Assembly: GCA_043744155.1 (NCBI GenBank)
Contig: JAYTVF010000423.1
Span: 1 to 45,311 of the forward strand
Length of the DNA stretch: 45,311 nt
Source: Acidimicrobiia bacterium
GTDB lineage: Bacteria > Actinomycetota > Acidimicrobiia > Acidimicrobiales > Ilumatobacteraceae
Direction: 5' to 3'
Part shown: positions 25,083-32,911 of the stretch, one piece after another
Position numbering within the stretch: position 1 is the first letter of the stretch
How the letters are laid out: every line of letters starts with the position of its first letter
Made by a program: the position numbers and the translations under genes
Notes under the pieces: generated by a model
Told to the model about the DNA's origin: nothing
What the model saw: the letters and a program-made list of their open reading frames with translations, nothing else
Database searches by the model: none

Positions 25083-28000
25083 TCAGCGGATCTGAGCCAC
25101 CGACGGATCGAGAGGCCGTGCGGTCAACTTGGCGCAGGGATCCACGGGAGTGCCGCCGAACTGATCGGCCCACTCCGAGGCAGTGAATCCACGGGCGACA
25201 GCCTGGCAGGCCCGCATGATCCAGGCGGTTCCGCCGACGGTCCACGACACGGTGGTGTCGCCCTGAATGGCGACCAGTTGGCCGTTGGTCAGGGTTAGGT
25301 CCGTGATCTGATCGGCCGAGCCAGAGATAAGCGCACCACTCAAGGCCGCGCCGCGCCGGGCGCTCCAGAGGCGCAGGTCGGCATCCTGGCCACCGGTGGC
25401 GATCACATCGTTGTCGAGCCAGGCAATGGCCGAGATCAAATCAGTGTGACCCCGCAGCGTGAACGTCTCCTGCCCGGACGTGACGTTCCAGATCTTTACC
25501 GTTCGATCATCGCTGCCGCTGGCCAACAGCCGACCGTCGGGACTGAATTGCAATGCATCCACAAACAGGTGATGGCCAGCCAGGTCACTTGACCGCCCGC
25601 TGGCGAGATCGAAGAGCTTGATGGGGGAGGCTCGGCCCGGGTGGCCCGGGTCGAGCGCTGCCGTGGCAACCAGCCGGCCATCGGGGCTGATCGCTAAGGC
25701 ACGTATCTGCCCGCCGGCATCATGCAACAGCACTTGCGAGCCGGAGCGCTTCACTAGCACGTCACCATTGTCGAGGCCGAGGGCCACGGTCCCCTCGGCT
25801 GAGGCGGCCAGATCGGTGCCGTTCGTCCCGGTTGGCACAGCCAACAACACGACGTTCGACGCTGAGATCAGGCCTCGCCTCGGATCGAGTCGCACCGGGC
25901 CCGAGGGTGTGGTGATTCGACGTTGTCTACCCCCGGAGGCCCCAATGTCCGAAGGTATGACGCTGGCCAGCGGGGACTGATTGGGAGGCGGCCATGCAAT
26001 GGCGACGCCGTCCTCATCGAGCGTGAGCACCGACCCCTCGGCCGTCGCCTGAATGCTTCGGACCAAGGCATGGTGCGCACGGCGTGGTGAACCCACGACT
26101 GCGCCCGACGGCACGGCGATCTCGACGACATCACCCGAGCGCAGCCCCCCGACGAGTACCTCGGCATTGCGCCAGGCGACGCTGGTCAACAGGATGGGCA
26201 CAATCACCGGTTCGGATCGTCCATCCCAAATGGTCACCGATCCGGTGCCTACTGCGGCGATACGACGTTGTCCCGATATTGTTGCGAGTGCAACCACTGG
26301 GTTGGGGCTTATCGACAGTGGGCCAGCCGTCAGGGCACTGGTCGACGGCGTCCAAAACGCTAGGTCACCCGTATCGGAGCCGAGCGCGACGGTGTCATCA
26401 TCGACCGCAGCGAGAGCGGAGATCGGAACGGCGCCGAACGGTCGCGAGCTTGTCGGCGAGGCGGTAGGGGTCGCCAGCGACCATTGCAGCAGCGTGCCGT
26501 CGGTGGCTGTGGCGAGCAACCAAGACCCGACGACGGCGATGGCCTGCAGGCGAGCCGCGCCGGCCGCGGCAAAGGGCACCCAACCCGGCCCGGCGATGTC
26601 GGCGATGACCAGCTCACCACCTCGGGATCCGCTGATGAGCCGCCCCGATGCCGCATCGACCACCGCCAACTCGTTCACTGCCACGCCGGTGCTGATCGGC
26701 GACGAGGCAGGAGCACCGGTAACGGCGTCGAGCACCTTTACCGTCGGGCTGCCGTCGGCCACGAACACCGTCCGCCGCCCGCCACCGGTGGCCGGGGCGA
26801 TTGCTGCGACGGGTCCCTGCAGGCCAGCCCGTAGATATGTCGAAGGTCCGGGAGCACCGAGAGCGTCCACCAGCGCCGACCAGCTATCGGTGGTGCTCGA
26901 CCGGCGCACACCTTCCAGGGTCAGCAGTAGGGAGAGATCGCGATTCTGCGACGAGGTGGCGCGACCGGCGGCGGCCAGCCGCAAGGTTTGGGCGACCTTG
27001 CGCAGGCTGCGTTCACGGGAACTTTGGCGAACCGCCACCAAGGCCACTGCACCCAGAGCCAGCGTCACGACCAAGAGCGCGGCGAGGCCGCGGCGGATCT
27101 GCTGCAACCGTCGGCTGCGCTCGGCCGTGCTGCGATGCCGATCCATTGATTGGGCCACGAATGCGGTCTCGTCCTCGGTGAGTTGCAGGGTTCGGCGCGT
27201 CACGGCATCGTGTGCCGACTCGACCTGGGTTCCGGACCGCAATGCCTCTGGTGATCGCCCCGATACCACCCACTCGGCGGTGGCTTGGGATATCCACCCT
27301 TGTAACCGTCGGGCCTCGGCGCCCGAACCTTGCAACCAATCAACCGACAGCCGCGGCCATGATCTCAGCAGCGCCTCGTGCACGATCTCGACGGTGGTGT
27401 CGGGATCATCTTTGGCGTGGGTGACGGTGAACAGCCGATAGCCCCGGAAGGTGTCGACGAACCGGGCTGCGCTTGCGAAGGAGGACGACGACAGCTCGGC
27501 CATGGTGGCTCGCCGTCGGGTCGGTTCGAGCCCGATGCCTTGGGTGGTGAGCCGCATCGAAAAGGCCCATTCCGCCAGCTGCCTGTCGCTGTCGTCGAGG
27601 TCGCCGTAGGCCCGCTCAGCCAGACGCTCGAGCGCCTTTTCGACGCCACCCGAGGCGCGATATCCCGCGATCTCCAGTCGGCCCCGATACCGGGCCTCCC
27701 AGGTAGAACGCAGCGCGACGGCCAGCAGCGGTAGGGCACCCGGGGTCGGCGGAATGTCCAGTTGGATCTCCTCGACCAGACCGTTCTCGAGCGTGAGCGA
27801 GGCGGCGCGTGCCGGTCCTTCGATGATTTCTCGCCAATCGGCACGGTCGAGCGGTTGCACTCGAACGAGGTTCGTGTCGATCAGTCGTTGCAGATCCGGG
27901 GCGACGTCAAACGCTGCGCTGACATCGGATCGGAACGACACGATGATGTGGACGAAGCGCTGAGAAGCCACCGCTTCGACAATGGCTGCGGTGACCTCCG

Positions 28001-28433
28001 CGGTCGGTACTCCGGGCAGGAAGATCTGTTCGGCCTGATCGATCCAGACCACCCGGTGTTCGCCGCCGGTGGCCAGCCCGGCCGGTACATCAGCGCGCGG
28101 ATCGAGCTCGATGATGACGCTTCCGGACTCTCGCAGCTCGGGCAGCAAACCGGCTCGGATGAGCGAACTCTTCCCGACTCCGGATGCTCCGACCACGGCG
28201 GTGAAGGGTGTGGTACCGACGCGACGGACGAGTTCCGCGATCTCGTCATCGCGGCCGAAGAGAAAGGCGCGATCTGACTCTCGGAATGGACTCAAGCCGG
28301 GGTAGGGACACGGATCGTTGGGGGTGCGGGTCGGGTCTTCGCGCCCGTACACCACGTCTCGCCCGGCCACCACTGACCCGGTGATGTGAGCCCCGTCTCC
28401 GAAGACTACCGATGAACCGCCGGGCTCAGTCAC
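25083..28433 (-). CDS. NLR-like STAND P-loop NTPase (nSTAND/NACHT-type) with an N-terminal 21-aa coupling motif, a central hydrophobic helix and a C-terminal WD40 beta-propeller region
   Basis: ORF track 1116 aa (GTG start). CPYPGLSPFRESDRAFLFGRDDEI followed by Walker A VVGASGVGKSSL (nt 28167-28190) and Walker B-like VVWIDQAEQ. Hydrophobic helix GLAALLVVTLALGAVALVAV (nt 27030-27089). Clear WD repeats, e.g. LASGSDDRTVKIWNV and GHTDLISAIAW...GGQDADLRLWS. Confidence 0.9.
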   Translation of the reverse strand: MTEPGGSSVVFGDGAHITGSVVAGRDVVYGREDPTRTPNDPCPYPGLSPFRESDRAFLFGRDDEIAELVRRVGTTPFTAVVGASGVGKSSLIRAGLLPELRESGSVIIELDPRADVPAGLATGGEHRVVWIDQAEQIFLPGVPTAEVTAAIVEAVASQRFVHIIVSFRSDVSAAFDVAPDLQRLIDTNLVRVQPLDRADWREIIEGPARAASLTLENGLVEEIQLDIPPTPGALPLLAVALRSTWEARYRGRLEIAGYRASGGVEKALERLAERAYGDLDDSDRQLAEWAFSMRLTTQGIGLEPTRRRATMAELSSSSFASAARFVDTFRGYRLFTVTHAKDDPDTTVEIVHEALLRSWPRLSVDWLQGSGAEARRLQGWISQATAEWVVSGRSPEALRSGTQVESAHDAVTRRTLQLTEDETAFVAQSMDRHRSTAERSRRLQQIRRGLAALLVVTLALGAVALVAVRQSSRERSLRKVAQTLRLAAAGRATSSQNRDLSLLLTLEGVRRSSTTDSWSALVDALGAPGPSTYLRAGLQGPVAAIAPATGGGRRTVFVADGSPTVKVLDAVTGAPASSPISTGVAVNELAVVDAASGRLISGSRGGELVIADIAGPGWVPFAAAGAARLQAIAVVGSWLLATATDGTLLQWSLATPTASPTSSRPFGAVPISALAAVDDDTVALGSDTGDLAFWTPSTSALTAGPLSISPNPVVALATISGQRRIAAVGTGSVTIWDGRSEPVIVPILLTSVAWRNAEVLVGGLRSGDVVEIAVPSGAVVGSPRRAHHALVRSIQATAEGSVLTLDEDGVAIAWPPPNQSPLASVIPSDIGASGGRQRRITTPSGPVRLDPRRGLISASNVVLLAVPTGTNGTDLAASAEGTVALGLDNGDVLVKRSGSQVLLHDAGGQIRALAISPDGRLVATAALDPGHPGRASPIKLFDLASGRSSDLAGHHLFVDALQFSPDGRLLASGSDDRTVKIWNVTSGQETFTLRGHTDLISAIAWLDNDVIATGGQDADLRLWSARRGAALSGALISGSADQITDLTLTNGQLVAIQGDTTVSWTVGGTAWIMRACQAVARGFTASEWADQFGGTPVDPCAKLTARPLDPSVAQIR

Positions 28434-28450
28434 GCCAACTCAACGGATCG

Positions 28451-29317
28451 TCATGTGGCGACGCGCAGCGTATCGGCCAGCGCGAATGCATCCACGTCAT
28501 ACTGCACAGGAGTACCACGGATCGTGCAGGTGGTGCCGTGTCTCAGTACCGTCACGGTAAGGGTGGTCGTGCTCGACAAGCTGGTGTCGCCGCTGCACAC
28601 GTCGTTGTAGACCAGCTCGATAGTGCGATCCTCGTTCACGGTGATGGTGGCGTTGAAGGTGTTGCCGACGACCTTGGCTTTAGGGGCATCGGTCCAAACA
28701 CCACGGGTGATGCGGGCCACCCACGTCACGTCGGTGCCCTGGTCGGGAGCGGCAAGCCAGCCCGTCGGTGGGGCGACGCTCGCTCTGATCCGACAGGTAT
28801 AGCTCGGGTAGGCAATTGCGGTCACGTTGCTCTCGACCGAGGTGCCCTGCAGCGTGCACCCACCCCTTTCGACCTTGATGGTCACCTTGGCGCCACTGAG
28901 GGCCGTGGCGGAGACGACCCCTTTGGCCGACGGGCTCGAGCCGGGCTGGGTGCGCAAAAGGGTAATGGCATCCTGTTTCGCGGCCCCTGCCGTGGTGGCG
29001 ACCGCGGTCGTGCTCGCCTCGATCGTGGTCACTGGGGCTGCGGTCGTGGTTGTCGCCAGCGCGGTGGCAGGCTCTGTCGCGGCGGACGATGTGGCTGACG
29101 GTGCCGTGATTGGCGCCACCGTCTCTGCCAACACCGTCGCCGTCGCGGCCGTCGCAGCGACGGTCGTGCCATCCTCGGGCGAGGTTGTGGCTGGCTTGTC
29201 GACAGAGAATGGTGGGGCATTGCTGCTCGATGATGGTGGGGTCGACGCGCTCGTCGAGCAGCCCGTCGCGCCGAGCGCCAGCGCTCCCAGCATCATCAGC
29301 GATAGGTGCGGCCGCAT
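28451..29317 (-). CDS. Lipoprotein with a T/A/P-rich linker and a six-Cys beta-rich C-terminal domain, encoded between the TIR and STAND genes
   Basis: ORF track 288 aa. MRPHLSLMMLGALALGATGCSTS (lipobox LGATGC). The start shares one nucleotide with the TIR stop (TGATG). The stop is 17 nt before the STAND GTG. Confidence 0.75.
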   Translation of the reverse strand: MRPHLSLMMLGALALGATGCSTSASTPPSSSSNAPPFSVDKPATTSPEDGTTVAATAATATVLAETVAPITAPSATSSAATEPATALATTTTAAPVTTIEASTTAVATTAGAAKQDAITLLRTQPGSSPSAKGVVSATALSGAKVTIKVERGGCTLQGTSVESNVTAIAYPSYTCRIRASVAPPTGWLAAPDQGTDVTWVARITRGVWTDAPKAKVVGNTFNATITVNEDRTIELVYNDVCSGDTSLSSTTTLTVTVLRHGTTCTIRGTPVQYDVDAFALADTLRVAT

Positions 29318-29883
29318 CAGCTTGACCTTCCGACGTCTCGGCCGGCGATAGTCGACCCGCTGATGACGGCACCGTTGCCGATCACGACCGAGGAGTCGAC
29401 GCTCGACGGTGTCGTAACCGGATCTGGCACAGGCGGCGGAGCGACCCGCGCGGCGACCGGCGGCACCGAGGTGGTTGGCCCGCCACCTGCGCCGGAGCCG
29501 GAGAGAGCCAGTCGCGCCTGTACCTGGCTGAGTACATGTCCGAGGGCGTTGTCGGCAAACCAGTTGATGGCGTGCAGGCTGCGGAATCCGAGGGGCAGTT
29601 CGGCGTCGGGGGTCAACAGAATGGAGAGCAGTTTGTTTGATCGTCTGGCAAAGTCGGCCTCGTCGAGCACCCAGTCCGAGTGGGGGCCCTCACCCCAACA
29701 CACGATGATGACGGTGGCCGCCTCCAGACGCTCCTGTATCTCTGCACCGAACCGATCCCCGCCGACCAAGGCCTGATCCCACCACACATGGTGACCAGCG
29801 GCTTGGAGAACCTCGACCAGTACGCGGACTCGCGGTCGGGTTGGCGTGTGATAGCTGACGAAGATGACCGGCGACTCGAGCAT
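29317..29883 (-). CDS. TIR-domain (TIR_2-like) protein with a Pro-rich linker and a C-terminal 21-aa motif shared with the STAND N-terminus
   Basis: ATG 29883 (GTG 29892 also possible; GGGGG upstream). VIFVSYHTPTR...VWWDQALVGGDRFGAEIQERLEAATVIIVCWGEGPHSDWVLDEADFA fits the TIR_2 pattern, including the W-V-x-x-E glutamate. The tail is SSVVIGNGAVISGSTIAGRDVGRSS. Confidence 0.85.
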   Translation of the reverse strand: MLESPVIFVSYHTPTRPRVRVLVEVLQAAGHHVWWDQALVGGDRFGAEIQERLEAATVIIVCWGEGPHSDWVLDEADFARRSNKLLSILLTPDAELPLGFRSLHAINWFADNALGHVLSQVQARLALSGSGAGGGPTTSVPPVAARVAPPPVPDPVTTPSSVDSSVVIGNGAVISGSTIAGRDVGRSS

Positions 29884-30041
29884 GGCGCTCACCCCCAGGT
29901 ACCGCTGTCGTATCGAACCCCACCGACCCTATACGGCCCGGCCTTGGTCAGCATGGCCGCGATGCAGCGCATCGTCAAGGACCGAAACGGTTCGTGTCGA
30001 TACAAGGTGCAGAACGAGAATCCACCAGTAGCCTCACGGGA

Positions 30042-30959
30042 ATGGTGCGACCTTTTCGGTTTGGTGTGCAAGCTTTGAAACTCCACCAAGCCGCAGCCAT
30101 CGTGTCGGCGGCCAAGCAGGCCGAAGACCTTGGCTATGACGAGCTTTTCTCCTACGACCACTTCGGAGCCGAGGATCCTTTCATCCCGCTGATGCTGGCC
30201 GCAGGCGCCACGTCACGGCTCCGGCTTGGTCCGCTGGTGTTGAACAATGAGTTCCACCAGCCCGCCCTTCTGGCCCGCACTGCGGCGACCGTCGATCGGC
30301 TCACGGGCGGTCGATTGGTGCTGGGTTTCGGGACCGGATACGACCAGACCGAGCACGACGCCATCGGCGTGCTGCTCCGAGATCCGCCTGACCGGGTGCG
30401 CCGATTGGAAGAATCAGTCCTCGCTGTGCGGGCATTGCTCGACTCGGGCGTTTCGAATATGGCGGGCGACTACCACACTTTGGCGGTCTCAGAGCTTGGC
30501 ATTCGGCCGGTCCAGAACCGCGTCCCATTCCTGATCGGCGGGAACGGGAAGCGGTTAGTCGAGGTCGCCGCCCGGCATGCCGACATCTTTCAGTTCACCG
30601 GGCTGAGCCACGGGGTGAACGGGGCACCGGGCATCGAGGGGTTCCGATTCGAGTCAGTGGTGCTGCGGAACAACTGGTTCATGCGGGCGGCTGGGCATCG
30701 TCTGAGCACCGTCGAGCGATCGGTGCTGGTGCAGGTCTGCCATATCGGGCACGGCGCCCATGAACAGAACGAAGCGCTGGTGAAACGGTGGAATTTCGAT
30801 CTGCATACGGTGCAACGCACTCCGTTCGCGCTGGTAGGCTCGATCCGCCAAGTCGTCGACAAACTGCAGTGGTTACGCGACGAGTTGGGTGTGAATCATG
30901 TGGTGGTGCGCAATGCCGAAGGCTTCGCGCCGATCGTGGCAGCCCTCGCCGGACACTGA
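30042..30959 (+). CDS. Luciferase-like (LLM class) F420-dependent oxidoreductase
   Basis: Internal ATG 30042 (MVRPFRFGVQ...). DELFSYDHFG, RLRLGPLVLNNEFHQPALLARTAATVDRLTGGRLVLGFGTGY are typical of LLM/F420 enzymes. Confidence 0.85.
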   Translation: MVRPFRFGVQALKLHQAAAIVSAAKQAEDLGYDELFSYDHFGAEDPFIPLMLAAGATSRLRLGPLVLNNEFHQPALLARTAATVDRLTGGRLVLGFGTGYDQTEHDAIGVLLRDPPDRVRRLEESVLAVRALLDSGVSNMAGDYHTLAVSELGIRPVQNRVPFLIGGNGKRLVEVAARHADIFQFTGLSHGVNGAPGIEGFRFESVVLRNNWFMRAAGHRLSTVERSVLVQVCHIGHGAHEQNEALVKRWNFDLHTVQRTPFALVGSIRQVVDKLQWLRDELGVNHVVVRNAEGFAPIVAALAGH

Positions 30960-30974
30960 CCCTAGGATGCCTCA

Positions 30975-31949
30975 ATGCAGCACAGCATGCTTGGCTCCAC
31001 AGATATCGCGGTATCGCGAATCATTCTGGGCTGCGGCAATTTCGGCGGCATCGGCTCGTCCCCGGCCTTCTTTGGTCAAGGCACCGCGCAGGCCGACGCG
31101 TTTGCGCTGATGGATGCCGCGTGGGAGGCAGGCATCACTACCTTCGATACGGCCGACGCCTACGGGGGCGGACGCAGCGAATCGTTCATCGGCGCATGGC
31201 TGGCGTCCAAGCCCTCATCGGTTCGGGATGCGCTTGTTCTCGCGACAAAGACCTACAACCCGATGTTCGAAGGAGCCGACGCCGGTCTTGGTGGTGTTCG
31301 GATACGTCGTCAGATCGACAGCAGCCTTGGTCGGCTCGGCGTGGATCGCGTACCGCTCTACCTTGCTCACGAGTGTGACCCAATGGTGCCGGTGGAAGAA
31401 ACGTTGGCGGCCTTCGATGCGCTCATACACGACGGCAAGGTGGGGGCCGTCGGCGCATCAAACTTCACGACGGATCAACTCGCGGCCTCGTTGGAGGTAT
31501 CGGCGGCCGGCGGTGGCGCCAGGTACGGATGGGTACAGAACTCGTTTTCGCTGCTCGAGCGCGGCGACGAGCGGGGCGTGCTGCCGTTGTGTACGGCCAC
31601 GGGGCTCGGCTACACACCGTTCAGTCCGCTGGCGGGTGGATGGCTCACCGGCAAGTATCGCCGTGATTTCGCACTGCCAGCTGGCTCCCGCATGACCACG
31701 CGACCAGAGCCCTACGAGGCGTACCGCACCGACCAGGTGTACGGAGCGTTGGAAACGTTGCGAGCTCTCGCGGCCGGTGCCGGCTGCAGCATGGCGGCGC
31801 TCTCGCTGGCGTGGGCGCTGGCCCAACCTGGCATCACCGCCATCGTGATCGGCCCCAACCGCGTCGACCAGCTCTCCCCGGCGCTCGAAGCCGTCGACCG
31901 AGCCGTTTCGCCGGACCTGCTCGCCCAGCTTTCGGAGGTGTTTGTATGA
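30975..31949 (+). CDS. Aldo/keto reductase
   Basis: ORF track 324 aa. LGCGNFGG, GITTFDTADAYGGGRSE, and VLATK, GASNF motifs. Confidence 0.9.
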   Translation: MQHSMLGSTDIAVSRIILGCGNFGGIGSSPAFFGQGTAQADAFALMDAAWEAGITTFDTADAYGGGRSESFIGAWLASKPSSVRDALVLATKTYNPMFEGADAGLGGVRIRRQIDSSLGRLGVDRVPLYLAHECDPMVPVEETLAAFDALIHDGKVGAVGASNFTTDQLAASLEVSAAGGGARYGWVQNSFSLLERGDERGVLPLCTATGLGYTPFSPLAGGWLTGKYRRDFALPAGSRMTTRPEPYEAYRTDQVYGALETLRALAAGAGCSMAALSLAWALAQPGITAIVIGPNRVDQLSPALEAVDRAVSPDLLAQLSEVFV

Positions 31950-32911
31950 CCGTTCTCATCCTGTCGGACCGCGACGTGCGCGATCTGCTCGACATGCCGT
32001 CGTGCATCAGCGCGATGGAGGAGGTGTTGGCCGAGCTGGAACGCGGTCTACTTTTCAACCCCTTACGGTTCGTGACCCGACCGCCAGCGGATACCTTCAT
32101 GGGGTTTATGCCGGCCTATCGCGCCGGTGCCGAACCGTTGTATTCACTAAAGGAAGTGGTGATCGCTACGGCGAACCACAACCGCGGCCTCGATTCGCAT
32201 CAGGGAGCGGTGCTGGTGCACGACGGTGTCACCGGCGTGCTGCGCTCCGTGGTGAATGCATCGGCAATCACCGAGATTCGCACCGCAGCCGTGTCTGCGG
32301 TAGCCACGAAGTTGCTGGCCCGATCCGGGGCTGCTTCGGTGGCCATCGTCGGTGCTGGGGTCCAGGCCCGGTCGCATGTGGCGGCCATGCAGGCCTGCTT
32401 TGCGTCCGCGCGAATCACGGTGTGGAGTCGCACCCGAGCCCACGCCGAGGCCCTCGCGGCTGATTCGGGCTGCGAGGTGGCCGACTCGCTCGACGCTGCG
32501 CTACGCGGGGCCGATGTGGTTTGCACCACAACGTCATCTCGCGAGCCCATCATCACCCGCGCCATGCTGTCGCCTGGCACGCACTACAACGCAGTGGGTT
32601 CGTCCATCGCTGCGGCCCGCGAGTTCGACGCCGAGGCGATGGCGGCCGTTTCATTGTTTGTCGATCGGCGCGAATCGACGCTGAACGAATCGGGCGATTA
32701 CCTCGATGCGGCGCGTGAGGTCGGCATCGGCCCCTCGCACATCCGAGCCGAGTTGGGCGAGTTACTGATCGGCGCTCATCCCGGTCGCGTCGATGATCAG
32801 GAGATGACGCTGTTCAAATCTCTCGGCATCGCAGTGGAAGATCTGGCCGCCGCTGAATTGTGCATCCGGCGTGCCCGCGAGCGTGGCGTCGGCACGGAGG
32901 CCGCGTGGTGA
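31946..32911 (+). CDS. Ornithine cyclodeaminase/mu-crystallin family NAD-dependent enzyme
   Basis: ATG 31946 overlaps the AKR stop (ATGA). MTVLILSDRDVRDLLDM..., ITEIRTAAVSAVATKLLAR, VAIVGAGVQARSH (Rossmann). Confidence 0.9.
   Translation: MTVLILSDRDVRDLLDMPSCISAMEEVLAELERGLLFNPLRFVTRPPADTFMGFMPAYRAGAEPLYSLKEVVIATANHNRGLDSHQGAVLVHDGVTGVLRSVVNASAITEIRTAAVSAVATKLLARSGAASVAIVGAGVQARSHVAAMQACFASARITVWSRTRAHAEALAADSGCEVADSLDAALRGADVVCTTTSSREPIITRAMLSPGTHYNAVGSSIAAAREFDAEAMAAVSLFVDRRESTLNESGDYLDAAREVGIGPSHIRAELGELLIGAHPGRVDDQEMTLFKSLGIAVEDLAAAELCIRRARERGVGTEAAW

Noticed and set aside
23293-25245. Minus-strand ORFs of 363 aa (23293..24384) and 255 aa (24478..25245)
   Set aside because: They are antisense to the + strand genes, which show a sigma-coupled ATGA start, a TM helix, a DUF4367-like end and a lipobox signal peptide. 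The minus products lack any signature.
26053-27441. 462-aa + strand ORF, plus several other 100-170-aa + strand ORFs between 25618 and 28305
   Set aside because: It is antisense to the STAND/WD40 gene, whose translation carries unambiguous Walker A/B and WD repeats. The + strand product is Arg/Ala/Ser/Pro-rich low complexity, typical of stop-free antisense frames in high-GC DNA.
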